From assembly GCF_009914755.1 (NCBI RefSeq), contig NC_060945.1: a DNA stretch of 64,000 bases; one strand, given 5' to 3'. How positions within the stretch are numbered: the stretch's first letter is position 1; each line of letters begins with the position of its first letter. Source of the stretch: the human T2T-CHM13v2.0 reference genome, Homo sapiens. Below the pieces are notes generated by a model that searched no databases, was not told the origin of the DNA, and saw only the letters and a program-made list of their open reading frames with translations. The position numbers and the translations under genes were made by a program. Shown here piece after piece: positions 42,873 to 59,175 of this stretch.

Positions 42873-44195
<1,323 letters not shown>

Positions 44196-44289
44196 GAATC
44201 GAGTTTTCCTAACTCCGGAGTTACACTGTTATTGCCCTCTGCTACTGTCCGTAGTAACAGCCATATTACTGAGTACTTCCCACTCGCTG

Positions 44290-44480
44290 AGTAGGGTGCT
44301 GAGCACTTTACATGCCTTATTTCATTTAATGTTCACAATAATCCTATGAGGTAAATTCTTTTGTTATTCCCATTTTACAGATGAGGTAACCAAGGATCAG
44401 AGAAGCTAAGCAGCCTCCACAGATTTATATGGCAAAGAAAGTCAGCATTTAAATCCAGGCCTTCCTGACTCTAAAATCTG
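44290..44480 (-). mobile_element. MIR
   Basis: CCCATTTTACAGATGAGG core. Confidence 0.8.
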
Positions 44481-45111
44481 TTCTATTGAGTTTGACTGCC
44501 AAACAGGTGAGCAGAATGCTCCTAGGAGGTTGGTAACAGTGGTTGGTGATCCATAACGTCTGGGATCCACTGAAACTCAGGGATACAGTTTGCCTAATCA
44601 GCCCTATTTTCTGAGCTATTGTTAGGGACAATTTTCACTTTCTCTGATGCTTCATTTCCTTGCAGCTTCTGAAAGCTGTTGATTTGCTCAGAATAAGACC
44701 ATGTTCTGTGCCTTTCGCATCTCAGATTGTTGTGTACATGCTCAAGAGTATAGAGGAATCATAAACATTCCAGAAGGAGGCCCTGGTGTACTATGCGAAG
44801 TTTTTGCCACATAGCTATGGGAGGAATCTGTGTTTCTTGACCAAACACTTGAGGTTATGGGACTGCAAGATTCCAAATGTGCATTTCAACAGGTCGTGAT
44901 GGGGCAACTTGTTTTGTGATACATAGCACTATAAGTAGAATACATTCTATAGACAAGGGATTCTTAGCCAGGCATGCATGGTGGGGCTTCAGAGGCTCTG
45001 GGAACATTCTGTATGTGTGTGTGCATTTTACTGGAGAGAGAGCTCCTAACTTTTGTAATATTCTCAAAGGAGTTCATGACTCAAAAAAATCATTTACAAA
45101 CCATTGTTCTC

Positions 45112-45433
<322 letters not shown>

Positions 45434-45765
45434 TCACTGCAACGGTTGAGGGGAGGGCGCAGGGGAAGGAAGGGGGAGGGCCAAAGGCTGGAGGGACAAT
45501 AGCTCACCCTGGAATATTTTCAAGTTTAGTGGGGACGACTCTGGAAACAAGGTGACTCTGAAAATGACACAGAATTTACAGTGTTATTGCTTCTTTGAAA
45601 GGTGGGCGGTCCGTGGTTTTTCCTCAGCATTCATTCATATACTTCTAGGAAGTGCCATTTAGTTTCATACAGTTTACATATACCTGGTTTTGCTGCATCT
45701 GGAGAGATTCAGGATAGTTCTTGTTAATGAGAAGTCATAGGGTGAAGCTATAATGCACTATCCAT

Positions 45766-46234
45766 TGTGAACCCTGATAACTTGAGATAGGTCTCAGTGA
45801 ATTTAGAAAGTTTATCTGGCCAAGATTGAGGACGCACACCCGTGACACAGCCTCAGTAAGTTCTGAGGACGTGTGCCCAAGGTCATCAGAGCAGTTTGGT
45901 TTTATACATTCTAGGAACACAGAAGACATCAATCAATGTGTACAAGATTAACATTGGGTCAGTCTGCAAAGGCGGGACAACTTGAAGCAAAGGCGGGAAT
46001 TCTCAAAGCAAGGAGGGCACTTCTGGGACATAGGTAGTTGAGAGACAAATGGTTGCATTCTTTTGAGTTTCTGATTACCCTTCCCAAAGGAGGAAATTAA
46101 ATATGCATTTATCTCTGTGAGCAGAGGAGTGACTTTGAATAGAATGGGAGGCAGGATGGCCCTAAGCAGTTCCCAGCTTGACTTTTCCCTTTAGCTTAGT
46201 GATTTGGAGCCCCAAGATTTATTTTTCTTTTACA
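45766..46234 (-). mobile_element. MER4A-like solo LTR
   Basis: Minus strand AAATAAATCTTGGGGCTCCAAATCACTAAGCTAAAGGGAAAAGTCAAGCTGGGAACTGCTTAGGGC; TG..CA ends. Confidence 0.82.
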
Positions 46235-46306
46235 CAATTTTTAAAACCCAGGTAGAAGTAGCCATGCTTGTTAAAGAAACAAAGGAAGAAAGAAAAGCAA
46301 ATGATA

Positions 46307-46620
<314 letters not shown>

Positions 46621-46624
46621 TATT

Positions 46625-47287
46625 TTAATCTGCTTGTTAAAGGTATCTGATAGAATTTTGAATTTCTTTTTTTGTTATTTTGAATTTCTTTGTTTCTCTA
46701 ATACAGCTATTTAGAATTCTCTTTCAGAAAAATGACACATTTTTGTTTCTCCAGGATTGGTCCCTGGTTCCTTTTTTAGTTCGTTTGATTAAGTATTTCT
46801 TTTAATGATTTGTTGATGCCAGTAGATCTTTGTGGGTGTCTCACCATTGAAGATTTTGATATTTATTGTAGTCAACACTGCCTGGGTTTGTTTGTAGCCA
46901 TTGTTCCTAGGAAGGCTTTAGAGATATTCAAAACGACTTGGGTGTTGTGATCTAAGCTCTTTCTACTTTATGGGACATCTCAAGCCCAGTAACACTGTGG
47001 TTCTTGCAGGCTCACAGAGGTACTACCTTGATGGTCTTGGACAACATGGTCTTGCAGAATTTTCTGAATTATCTGGCAGGGACTCTTCTTCTTTTACTTT
47101 CTCCCAAACAAATGGAGTCTGTGTGTGTGTTTATCTGTGTGTGTGTGTTCTGAGACACATGAAAGTGAAGTGGAGTGACCCAAACATCTCTGTGGCCATG
47201 ACCACTATGACTGCACTGGGTCAGACCTGAATCCAGCAGAGTGCTTGATCTCACCCAAGGCCTGCCATCACAGCTTCCTGGTTACTG
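46625..47287 (-). mobile_element. Old L1 5'/ORF1-region fragment (continues after the LTR6 to ~48000)
   Basis: T-rich L1-antisense-like sequence. Confidence 0.6.
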
Positions 47288-47842
47288 TGTGATACTCAAC
47301 CTTGTTTTAACCTGAATTGACTTTCCCTTAGCTGAGAGAGCCAGACAGACTCCATCTTGGCTCCTTCACTTACAGCCCCTTACCCACCCCCTTCCTCAAG
47401 GACTTAACTTGTGCAAGCAGTCTCCCAGCACATCCAAGGACGCAATTAACTAATAAGATACTGTGGCAAGCTATGTCCGCAGTTCCTAGGAATTCGCCCA
47501 GTTGATAGCACCCAGAGCCCCTGTGTTTGTGTCCAGTTGATAACACCCAAAGCCCTGCGTCTATCACCTTGTAATGGATTTAAAGCCCCTGCACCTGGAA
47601 CTGTTTGTTTTCCTGTAACCATTTATCCTTTTAACTTTTTGCCTGCTTTACTTCTGTAAGATTGTTTTAACTAGACTCCCCCCACCTCCCCTTTCTAAAC
47701 CAAAGTACATAAGAAAATCTAACACCTTCTTTGGGGCCAAGAGAATTTTAAGTACTAGCCATCTCTTGGTCACCGGCTAATAAAGGACTCCTGAATTCAT
47801 CTCAGCATGTGGCGTTTCTCTGTAACTCACTCGGTTACAACA
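47288..47842 (+). mobile_element. Solo LTR6-like LTR (HERV-S71/HERV-T group)
   Basis: TGTGATAC..TTACAACA termini, 4-bp target duplication ACTG/ACTG, AATAAA at ~47779. Confidence 0.82.
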
Positions 47843-48144
47843 ACTGTCTATGTTCATTCAGGGCACTGTGGCTCTACAATCAGCAGGTGAAAAAGTCAGC
47901 CAGGCCTCGATTACTCCCTTCAGTTTAGCAAGTTTCTTTAGGCCCTAGGTTGGTTCAGAGGTGCTATTCAGGAGTCAGGGACTAAAATAAAAAACTTCAG
48001 AAAGCTAAGGTTTTGGCAGTGAGAGTTTGGCAGAAGAGTGTGGAATAGATCTTTAAAAAAGTGAAAGTTTCTAAATAAAGATTGAAACCTGATGGGAAAA
48101 ACAATAGAGAAAAATACAAAAATTATTTTCATGCTAATGTTACT

Positions 48145-48964
<820 letters not shown>

Positions 48965-49444
48965 TCAGTCATGTAGTGTATGTGTGTGTATTATCTTTAT
49001 ATATGCTATGTATTATGTATATATTATTTATAATATATAGATAAAATATACATTATATATAGAAACAGACAAAATATACATTACACACTCACACACACAC
49101 TCATTCACACACATGTGCAATGTGGTCTAAGGTATTGCAGTGTGGTAACATGTACACATTTCACAAGTTTACATCTTTGAGTTATTCTGGAAGACTGTTA
49201 TCACCTCTGGCAAGGAAGGTTCATTAGGAGGTTAATGGGTTCTAATGTACATGAAACGGTTGGCTACTGCCTTGTCTGTTACCCAGAGGCCCTAAGCAAT
49301 CAGGAAGACAGTAACAAAATTTCTGCTCTTGGTAACGTTTGCAGTGCATTTCATAGGTGTCATTAATATCACAAGCTGAGATTGAAAAGCTTCTGGGGAT
49401 ATATGAAAAATTAATGGGCATTAGAAAAGTAAAATAGCATGAGG

Positions 49445-49490
<46 letters not shown>

Positions 49491-49811
49491 GAAGATTGTG
49501 AGCAGATGCCCAAGGGGTGGAGAAGAGAGAAACAGTATCTCTGTGGATTGGAGAAAGGACTGTGGAGGGAAGGGCTGCAGTGTAAACTGAAGTAACTGTT
49601 TTAATGAAAATCTGTCAGACAGTAGAGCTACAGGCAGCACTGCTTAAATCCCTAGGGAAAAAGTAGAGTGTTTGCGTTTTTGCGTAGAACATGTATCTAA
49701 TATCTGAAGCACCTTCACCTACTTCCAGGTGAGCACCAACAATGGCCCCAATTCACCTTCAAGTGGATTATTATCAAAGTACATCATTATGATACTATCA
49801 GGTCATGGCAA

Positions 49812-50572
49812 GTGTTATAAATTGTGTACGCACAAAAATTCATATTTTAAAACTCTAACCCCTAGTTCCTCAGAATGTGACTATACTTGGAGATAGGGCC
49901 CTTCAGTGGGTAATGAAGTCAAAATGAGACTGCTAGAGTGGGCCCTAATCTAATCTGAATGGTCCCCTTAAAAGAAGAGGAAATTTAGACATACTGAGAC
50001 ACCAGGGATGTGCATATACAGAGGAAAGACCATGTGAGGTTACAGCAATAGGGCAGCCATCTGCAAGGATAAAAGAAGGGCTTCATAAGCATGTTAGTCA
50101 TTATCACACTGCTATAAAGAAATACCCAAGACTGGTAATTTATAAAGGAAAGAGGTTTAATTGACTCATATGAGGAGGCCTCAGGAAACTTAGAATCATG
50201 GCAGAAGGGGAAGCAGGCACCTTTTTCACAAGTGGCAGGAGACAGAAGTGTGAAGTGTGAGCACAGGAAAACTGTCACTTTTAAAACCATCAGATTGTAT
50301 GAGACTCACTCACTATCACAAGAACAGTATGGGAGAAACAGCCCCCATAATGCAATCACCTCTCACCAGGTTCCTCCCTTGACACATGAGGATTACAATT
50401 CAAGATGAGATTTGGGTGGGGACATAGAGCCAAACCATGTCAATGAGAAACCAAGCCTGCTGACACCTTGACTTGGACTTCTGGCCTCCAGAATTGTGGG
50501 AAAATAAATTTGTGCTGCTTAAGCCACCTAGTTTGTGGTATTTTGTTATGGCAGCTCAAGCAAACTAATTCA
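49812..50572. mobile_element. MLT1 (MaLR) LTR with a nested MST/THE1-type LTR (~50090-50442)
   Basis: MLT1 motifs (CCTCAGAATGTGAC.., GCTGACACCTTGA..AAAATAAATTT..GTTATGGCAGC) split by CTGCTATAAAG..GAGATTTGGGTGGGGAC..CAAACCATGTCA. Confidence 0.82.
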
Positions 50573-51696
50573 ACAGGCAAACAAAGGCACAAAGGCTGTG
50601 ACTGTGGTTGGCAGAGTGTGTTAGAAACACACATAAATCCTTGGGGTATTCAGACACAAGTGAGAGAGAGCTCAACACTAGAAATTGCTGGACTGAACAG
50701 GGGAATTAGAGAATGCTAAGAACATTTAGATTATGATTTTGAATGTGATCATTTGTAAATCGAGTAAACAGATAACACATACTGAACTTAGGGGATTCAT
50801 TCAACATAGGAGTTAAGAACAGGGACCCAGACATCTTAGTTTTGAATTCTGGTCCTGTGCATTATTCTGGACGTGTTATTTGGCCTCTATCTCTTGGCTT
50901 CTTCATCTGCAGAGATAATATGGCTAGCTGCATATGGTTTTCATAAGGATTAAATAAATTAATATGTATAAAGCATTTAAACTGTTCCAGGAACACAGTG
51001 ATATACATAAGAGTTAGCTATCTTCTTATTATTGTCATTATGAACAAACACTGCTCAAAATACTTTATTAAAAGCAATTTTCACAAAAATTACTTGGGCA
51101 ACTGAGATATGGTGAGGTAAATTAACTTACTCAAGATCACATCATTAATAGGTAATGGCACCAGTATTTGACCATAGGTTATTTATTGTACTCCATAGAA
51201 GCAAAGCCATTATTTACAAAGGACTAAAAAAAGATGCCAAGTAGATGATTAAATAAGTATATGTTTACTAGGTTCACATTAATACAAGTGACTTCTCCAA
51301 ATGAAAATTTACAAATAAAATAGTGTGTTCATTTATTTTACTACTGAGGTAGAATGGTTCTGTTGAAAACAGTGAATTGAAGTATTCACTAAACTTGCCT
51401 ATTTTTCAAAAGGCATTTATTCATTATTAATAAATAATTAAGGTAAACAGTCAATGATAAGTATTAAATTGAGGAAGCAGAAAAAGTAAACAGAAATAAA
51501 CAACTTTCAGAATATATTTGGAATGTTTAACTGTATGCATTTTTTATTTTCTTTATTTTTGATTCTTAAAATTTTTTCCAAGAAATAGAAATACTTGAAT
51601 CTCAAATTGAACAGTGCATTATAAAAGACTGATTGCATTGTTTCATTTACAAGTCCATTAATTCACAAGCAAGTGCATTTGATGGAAGAAGGCATC

Positions 51697-51784
51697 TTAT
51701 GTGTTCTTTGGTGTACATGTGTTTGGATTAAGAAACACTTCCTCTCTGTCTTTAAGTACAATATTATACCTGCAAAGTGGTGGT
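51697..51784 (-). CDS. LIPI: LIPI (lipase I / mPA-PLA1beta) last coding exon
   Basis: Polypyrimidine tract and tctcag| acceptor. Encodes (R)PPLCRYNIVLKDREEVFLNPNTCTPKNT*, which I recognise as the LIPI C-terminus. Minus-strand AATAAA at 51543-51557. Upstream exons lie beyond the window end. Confidence 0.88.
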
Positions 51785-53039
51785 CTGAGAAAGAGAAAAA
51801 TGGAGAGAACAAAAAAATAACTATTAGTAAAACAACAGAGTTGATTTCCTTCTCTCATTAATATTAGAATAGTCCATGCCTGTAACTAGCTAGTTCTCTA
51901 AATGTAGGGAGTTGGAACAAATATATGGGATCATTTCCATTCTATCTCATTTGGCTGTGTAGGGATGAAATAGACATAATGCTTATAAGAAAGAAAAAAA
52001 TCTGTTTCAACTTCTTTTCTCACTGCTTTATTGGAAAACTTAATTGTATTAGAGATACAGTTAGATACTGATACAGTTGAAACTTGAACTCAACTCAGTA
52101 TCCAGGCCATTCCTTCCATCATGATGGTCACCAGAAGAGAGTCAGGGTGAATCACATAGACAAAGTTTGCCGAAGCAATTTAATCAGTCCTCTTATGCCA
52201 CCTACTAAAATGGAAATAATAAATCCTAAAGTATTCTATATCTTGGACAGATTTTATATTTAATATTTCAAGCTTTCCAAGAAGCCAAGTCACTGCAGCA
52301 CTGTTCACATATTTATAATAAAATAGTAAGACAAGTGTGTTTTCTTTTTTCTGCAATAGACTAAAAGCTCATGACCTTAGTAGCATAGCATTGAATTATC
52401 TTCTATTAGTGCATATATAGTAAATACATATTTTTGCAAATATCCTATATTTTACAAAGCCTCTACAAGCATCACAAAACAGCTTAGGCAGGTTCACAAT
52501 GCCTATCAATGTTAAATTTTACCAAAGCCTTTGAGAAAAATTAATTTGCTGTCCTTTTACATTGTAAAAGTTCATCTAGTTATCACTGTCATGAATTTTG
52601 ATATCTTTTTTATCTTATGTTTAATAGTTCCTTCTCCCAGGCAATAAAAAATAAAAACACTATAATTTTGTGATACATTTTGAATTACCAAGGGAAAAGA
52701 ATATTATGTATCTATCTTTCTAATTTCAAAATGCATACTGAATTTGTACTTCTAATGCTTTGCTTACCACACATTACCAAAAATGAACACATTACATTGA
52801 TAAAGTATAAGATTGATCTAAAATAATAAAAAAGAAATATAGTAATAAAAATTTTTTATGAATTCAAGTACAATCCAGTTTTCTATTTTAATCCATATAT
52901 ATTATACCAAAGTACAAAAAATATATAAGCTTCTTTACTTGAAAAATCTCCCTAAGGCTTTTGCTCAACCTATCACCACATCTGTCCATTTAATATTCTC
53001 TTTTTTTTGCCATTAATATAGAGGCCCCTAAATTTGACT

Positions 53040-55570
53040 TCATTTTTTTATTTATTTGTTTATTTTAAATTCATAAAATTCTATGTATTCATTATGTACA
53101 TGGTGTTTTGAAGAATAAATACATTGTGGAATGGTTAAATATAGTTAATTAAAATACACATTACCTCATATAGTTATTTTGCAACAAAAGCATTCAACAT
53201 CTACTCTGCATTTTTCAGGAATATAATATTTTGTTATTAACTGTGGTCACCATGCTGCACAATAAATCTCTTGAACTCATTCCTTCTATCTAACTGTAAT
53301 TTTCTATCCTTTGACCAACATCTCCTTAACACCTTCCCCTCCCAACTGCCCAGCCTCTGGTAACCATGGTTCTACTCTCTGCTTCTATGAGATCAACTTT
53401 TTTAGATTCCACATGTGAGTGAAATCCTACAGTCTTTGTCTTTGTGTGCCTGGCTTATTATACTTAACATAATGTCCTTCAGGTTCATTCATGCTGTTGC
53501 CAATGATGGGATTTCCTTCTTTATTATGTCTGAATAGTATTCCAATTTATAGATCTCTATCTATCTATCATCTATCTCTCTCTATATATAGGTGATATAT
53601 ATATGCATACTATATTTTTAATATATATAGTATATACCATATACTATATATATATAATATACATATTATATTTTTCTTACAGCTTCATCCACTATTGAAA
53701 TCTTAGCTTTATTTTTTATCTTGGTTATAGTGACTAATGCTGTAATTAACATGGAAGTGCAGATATCTCTTCAACATACTGATTTCATTTCCTTTGATAT
53801 ACACCCAGTAGTGGGATTGCTGAATCATATATTAGTTCTATTTTTAATGTTTTTAGGAATTTCCAAACTGTTTTTCCTAACAACTTTTCTAATTTACATT
53901 CTTATCAGTAGTTATCAACCATTCCCTTTTTTCCATGTTCTCACCAACATTTGTTATAACTTTTGTCTTTATGGTAATAGCCATTCTAACAGTCATGAGG
54001 TGATAGCTCATTGTGGTTTTAATTTGCGTTTCCCTCATGGTTAGTGACATTGAACACATTTTCATATACCTGTTGGCCACTTGTATGTCTTCTTTTGAAA
54101 AATGTGTTTTCAGATCCTTTGCCCAATTTTTAATTAGGTTATTTGTTTTCTTGATATTGAGTTGTTTGAGTTCCTTATATATCTTGGAGATTCACCCCTT
54201 ATCATATATATACTTTGCAAATAATTTCTCCCATTCTGTAGATTGTCTCTTACCTCTGTTAATTATTTCCTTTGATGAGCATAAGCTTTTTAGTTTAATG
54301 TAATCCCATTTGTCTATTTTTGCATTTGTTGCCTGTGCTTTTGAGGTCATATCCAAAATATCATTGTCCAGACTGATGTCAAGAAGATGTTCCTTATATT
54401 TTCTTCTAGCAAGTTTATAGTTTCAAGCCTTAGATTTTAGTCTTTAGTCCATTTGGAGTTGAATTTTTTGTATAAGGTGTGACATAAAGGTCTAATTTTA
54501 TTCTTTGGCATGTGACTATACAGTTTTTCCAACACCATTTATTTTCATTTTGTTTTGTTTTTTTAAAATAGATTCAGGGGGTACATGTGCAGGTTTGTTA
54601 CAAGAATATATTGTGTAGTGATGAAGTTTGGGCTTCCTGTGTACCCAATCACCCGAATAGTGAATGTTGTACTCAATAGGTAATTTTTCAATTCGCATCC
54701 CTCTCCCACACTAATCTCTTTTAGAATCCTGGTATTGATTATTTCCCTCTGTATTTCCATGGTTACCCACTCCAACACTATTTATTGAAGAGACTGTCCT
54801 TTCTCCATTGTGTGCTCTTGGAACCTTTGTTGAAAATTAATTTTTAAATGGGTGAATTTATTTTATTTCTAGGCTCTCTGTTCTGTTCCATTGGTCCATG
54901 TCTCTGTTTTTATGCCAGTATTATACTACTTTGGTTACTATAGCTTTCTAATATATTTTGAAGTTATTTGGTGTGATGTCTCTAGCTTTGTTCTTTTTGC
55001 TCAAAATTGCTTTAGCTATTTAAAGTATTTTGTGGTTTCATACAAATTTTAAGGTTTTTTTTCTATTTCAATGGAGAATGTCATTGGTATTTTGATAGAG
55101 ATTTCATTAAATCTGTAGATCCCTTTGGTTGTTATGGACATTTTTAACAATATTAACCCCTCCAAGCTACAAACATGGGATATCTTTCATTTATTTGTGT
55201 CTTCTTCAATTTATTTCATCAATGTTTTACAGTTTTCTGTGTAAGAATTGTTTACCTTTTTGATTAAATTTATTCCTAGGTATTTTATCATTTTATAGCT
55301 ATTGTAAATACAATTGTGTTCTTATTTTTCAGATACTTTGCTATATTGCATTTTCAAAGCTATCTTTGAGAATGTTATATTAATATTTATACATATTCAT
55401 GCATTTTGTTTTTAAAAATGGAATCATACTCTTATAAGACATCATGCTTTTCTCACCAGGCAATATATTATGAATCTTTTCATAAATATAAATAAGCATT
55501 TAAAATATATTAAAAAAGAAAAACTACTAATTCTTGTATATTGATTTTGTTTCCTGCAATGTAACTTATT
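53040..55570 (-). mobile_element. L1MA-type 3' region with a nested younger L1 3' fragment (~54545-54770)
   Basis: Antisense L1 ORF2 C-terminal and 3'UTR motifs (ATCTCTTCAACATACTGATTTC, CATTGTGGTTTTAATTTGC, GTACATGTGCAGGTTTGTTAC). Confidence 0.9.
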
Positions 55571-55849
55571 CCTAATATTCTTTTAAAATGTTACTTGGAT
55601 AAGGTTTCCAGCAATAACACAGGGAAAAGAATAGTGCCTATTTCCACCTGCCATGTGAGAAAACCCAATTCATAGTCCACTCGATAAGGCACATAGAAGG
55701 GTCTTCTCTAAGTAGTGGGAATCATTACACCTAGACTGAGCACTTATCCAAGCTAGCTTAATAAATTTTGAAAGCAGGACCTGAAAGGTTTAACCCCAGT
55801 AACATAACAGTATTTTGAGAATAGAATTTAAGAGCATTTGTAGGAATAC

Positions 55850-56399
55850 AAAAATATAGAACATTCAATAAGATAAAATTCACAGCATCTGTGATCTAAT
55901 TGAGAATTACTAAGCATTGTGAAGCTGGAAAATGGACCCATATGAGGTGAAAAATCAACCAATTGAAACTAACCCAGAACTAGCACAAATGTGAGACTCA
56001 GCAGATAAATGCATTAAAACAGTTATTATACCTTTATTTCAGATCTTCAAAAGTGAAGTGGAGACATGAGAGATATAAAGAGGTGAGAACTACGATGTTT
56101 GAGATGAATAATACACTTATGAGATTAAAAGCAGATTAGATATTGCAGAAAAAATCAGTGAACTTGATAACATAGCAACAGAAACTATTCAAAATAAAAT
56201 GCAAAGAGAAAATAGAATTTTAAAATTACCAAAGCTATCATCACACTGTTGTACTATCAAATATTAGATCTTACTTCAAGTAGCCAAAAATACTTAAAAT
56301 TGGAATCCTCAGAGGAGAAGTAGTAGAGGAACACAGAAAAAAAATCTCAAAAAAATAGCTGGAAATTTAGATGAAACTTGATGAAAACTATAAACCCAC
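55850..56399 (+). mobile_element. Ancient L1M ORF1-region fragment (resumes ~57455-57690)
   Basis: A-rich AGCAGATTAGA..GCAGAA..CAGTGAACTTGA.. motifs. Confidence 0.65.
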
Positions 56400-57455
56400 T
56401 GTATTAGTCTGTTCTCACACTGCTATAAAGAACTGCCCAAGACTGGGTAATTTATAAAGGAAAGAGGTGTAATTGACTCACAGTTCAGCATGGCTTGGAA
56501 GGCCTCAGGAAACTTAACAATCATGGCAGAAGGCACATCTTCACAGGGCAGAAGGAGAGAGAATGAGTGCCCAGCGAAGGGGAAGCCCCTTAAAAAACTT
56601 TCAGATCTTGGCCGGGCTCAGTGGCTCACACCTGTAATCCCAACACCTTGGGAGGCCAAGGCAGGTGGATCATGAGGTCAGCAGATTGAGACCATCCTGG
56701 CTAACATGGTGAAACCCTGTCTCTACAAAAAATTAGCCAGGCGTGGTGGCATGCACCTGTAGTCCCAGCTACTTGGGAGGGTGAGGCAGGAGAATCACTT
56801 CAACCCGGGAGGCAGAGGTTGCAGCAAGCCAAGATCATGCCACTGCACTCCAGCCTGGGCAACAGGGCAAGACTCTGTCTCAAAAAAAAAAAAAAAAGTT
56901 CTGATCTCATGGGAACTAACTATCACAGGAACAGGATGGGGGAACCACCACAATGAATCAATTATTCAATTATCTCCACCAGGTCCCTCTCATGACATGT
57001 GGGGATTATGGGAACTACAATCAGACCCACCCAAAATGGCTACAGGCCTGTTTTGAAGATTATTGTAAGACTCCAGTGGCTCTAACAAAACAAGGGACCA
57101 TAGAAAAGACCCACAAAGTGCAGGCCCAGGAGAAAGAGCAGCAAGGAAAACAGGAAAAACCTGTCCTACAGGCCCTGCCAGAGGAGCTAGAGACTCCACC
57201 CCCTTATGTTCCAATTTACCCTTCTCTGGCAAGGCTTAGGCAGGAAGCCACTCCAGCAGCTGCCTCTGGAGGGTCGGACTCAGAGGAGAGTATCCCCGAA
57301 ACTTCAACATGTAGGGAAGAGCCATGACCACTGCCCGATAAATCAAAGAGGAACTCCAGGATAAGGTTGGCGGTCTTTGGTCAGGACATGCCTGAGTCAT
57401 GCAGATTCCCCTCAGAGAAACTAGATTTGGGTGGGGACATCGCCAAACCATGTCA
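56400..57455 (-). mobile_element. MST/THE1-type MaLR LTR interrupted by an Alu (56610-56897) and a gag fragment (57021-57425)
   Basis: TGTATTAGTCTGTTCTCACACTGCTATAAAG start and AGATTTGGGTGGGGACA..CCAAACCATGTCA end. Confidence 0.88.
57021..57425 (+). other. Isolated ~405-bp copy of ERV gag (homologous to 59445-59850)
   Basis: Direct alignment by eye, roughly 90% identical. Encodes PKWLQACFEDYCK..ETPPPYVPIYP. Confidence 0.95.
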
Positions 57456-59175
57456 CCCACAGGTCCAAGAAAGCCAACAAACTTCAAAATACAAGAAGTA
57501 TGAAGAAAATTACAGCATGGTACATCATAATCAAATTGCTCAAAATCAGTGACAAAGAGAAAAATCTTAAAACCAGCCAAGAAGAAAAGTAGATTATCTT
57601 TGGGGCAACAAAGAAAGGATAGCAACATATTTCTCTTTAGGTTCAGTGCATGGTAGAAGATGGCAAAACAACATCCTTAAAGAATTGATAGACCAGCCTG
57701 ACCAACATGGTGGTGAAGAAGGAATTCATGAATTTTACAAGTATAATCAAAGACAACCAAGACATTTTTACTTTTTCCTTCAAAAGCTTAGTATAGCAAC
57801 CTCCGCACCCCGCTCCCCACCCCACATAGTCTAAGTTAGAGAAGAATACTAACTACCTGTTTTTCCTTCTGTGCTCAGCAAGCCTTACCTACTTGCTAAT
57901 TTCATATTCCTTGAGGCTCAGCGAGTTCCTGCTTCACCTCCCTAGTGCAGCTGCAAAGTTACAAGGTTGATACAGAAACATAGTTTCCCAGGGATGTGGA
58001 ACATATAGCATAAATAAATGTAAAAGACTGATCAACTGCCTTTTTTCTCGCTTCTGTAAGTAGGCTTCCTGCATCACATAGCTCCCGGCCACTGACAGCT
58101 TAAAAGGTGGCTGCTTTCTTTGTCCGGGGCTCAGACTTTTCTGGACACTAGTCCAACTGAGCCAGGTGATCACCTTTTAATAAAGACCTTTCCTGAACTC
58201 TGTTCGATCTCTCTTATCTCTGATTGCCCCACAACATTTCTGGGGGCTCATCTGGGATTGGAGATTGTAGGTTTCTGTCTCCTTTGCCTATGGGTTAGAG
58301 CCCCAGGACGTGGGAGATTTGGGACTCTTGGCACCACTGAGTAACACAGCCCAGAAGGAGAACGGTTTTCCCGTGTCTTGGAGCCTTCCCTTGACAGCGC
58401 AAACGGAACCGACTCAGGAGTTGCAGGAGAGTCACAGAGCAGTGCGCAGGCAGACTACTGAACCAAGGTAAGGTTGGTCCCTAGGGAAGCCTGTCCCATA
58501 AGGACAGAAGGGGAGCTTGATCACCTCCCAGGGAACGACCACTTATCCAACCCAGAGTAGCTGGGTGCAGCAGGAGTGGCTTGCCAATTTTGATGAACCT
58601 CGTGTCCCCACTCACACTGGAAAAAGGGAGAAAATGGGCTGGAAGAGTGGCAAGTGCAGCAAGGTAGAGCTTGCTGGCAGGGTGACAAGAGTGGTTTGCC
58701 ACCCCAACTGGGAGTGTGTGGGAGTGTGTGGGTGTGTGTGAACCTACCTGGGACACAAGAGAGACTCATTTCACCTGATGAGGAGTCCTGGGGTAGGAGT
58801 GGTGTGTGTATGTGTGTGAATGTGGGAGCCTAACTAGGCTCATCTGGGACATGAGAGAGGCTCGTTTCATCTGATGAGGAGTCCTAGGGCAGGGGAGGTG
58901 TGTGACAGTGTGTGAAAGAGATGGTCTCAGGAGAGGCCAATGTGGGGAGTGATGTGGGGAGGTGCAGATCTCTTAGTGCAGACTGTGTCCTCCGAGGCGA
59001 GTGTGGGATGAGCCAGACCTAGGTCAGTGCGTAAGGCCGACAGGATTAGTTTCATAGCTTCACAGCAGTAGTTGGGTGTGATCTGGCCAAGCAGCACCCA
59101 AACCTCCTGTAATAGGACCCGGTCTGGTGAATCTGAGAGTGAAAGTGAGAGTGAAAGTGTGCTGTGAGGGAGGAA

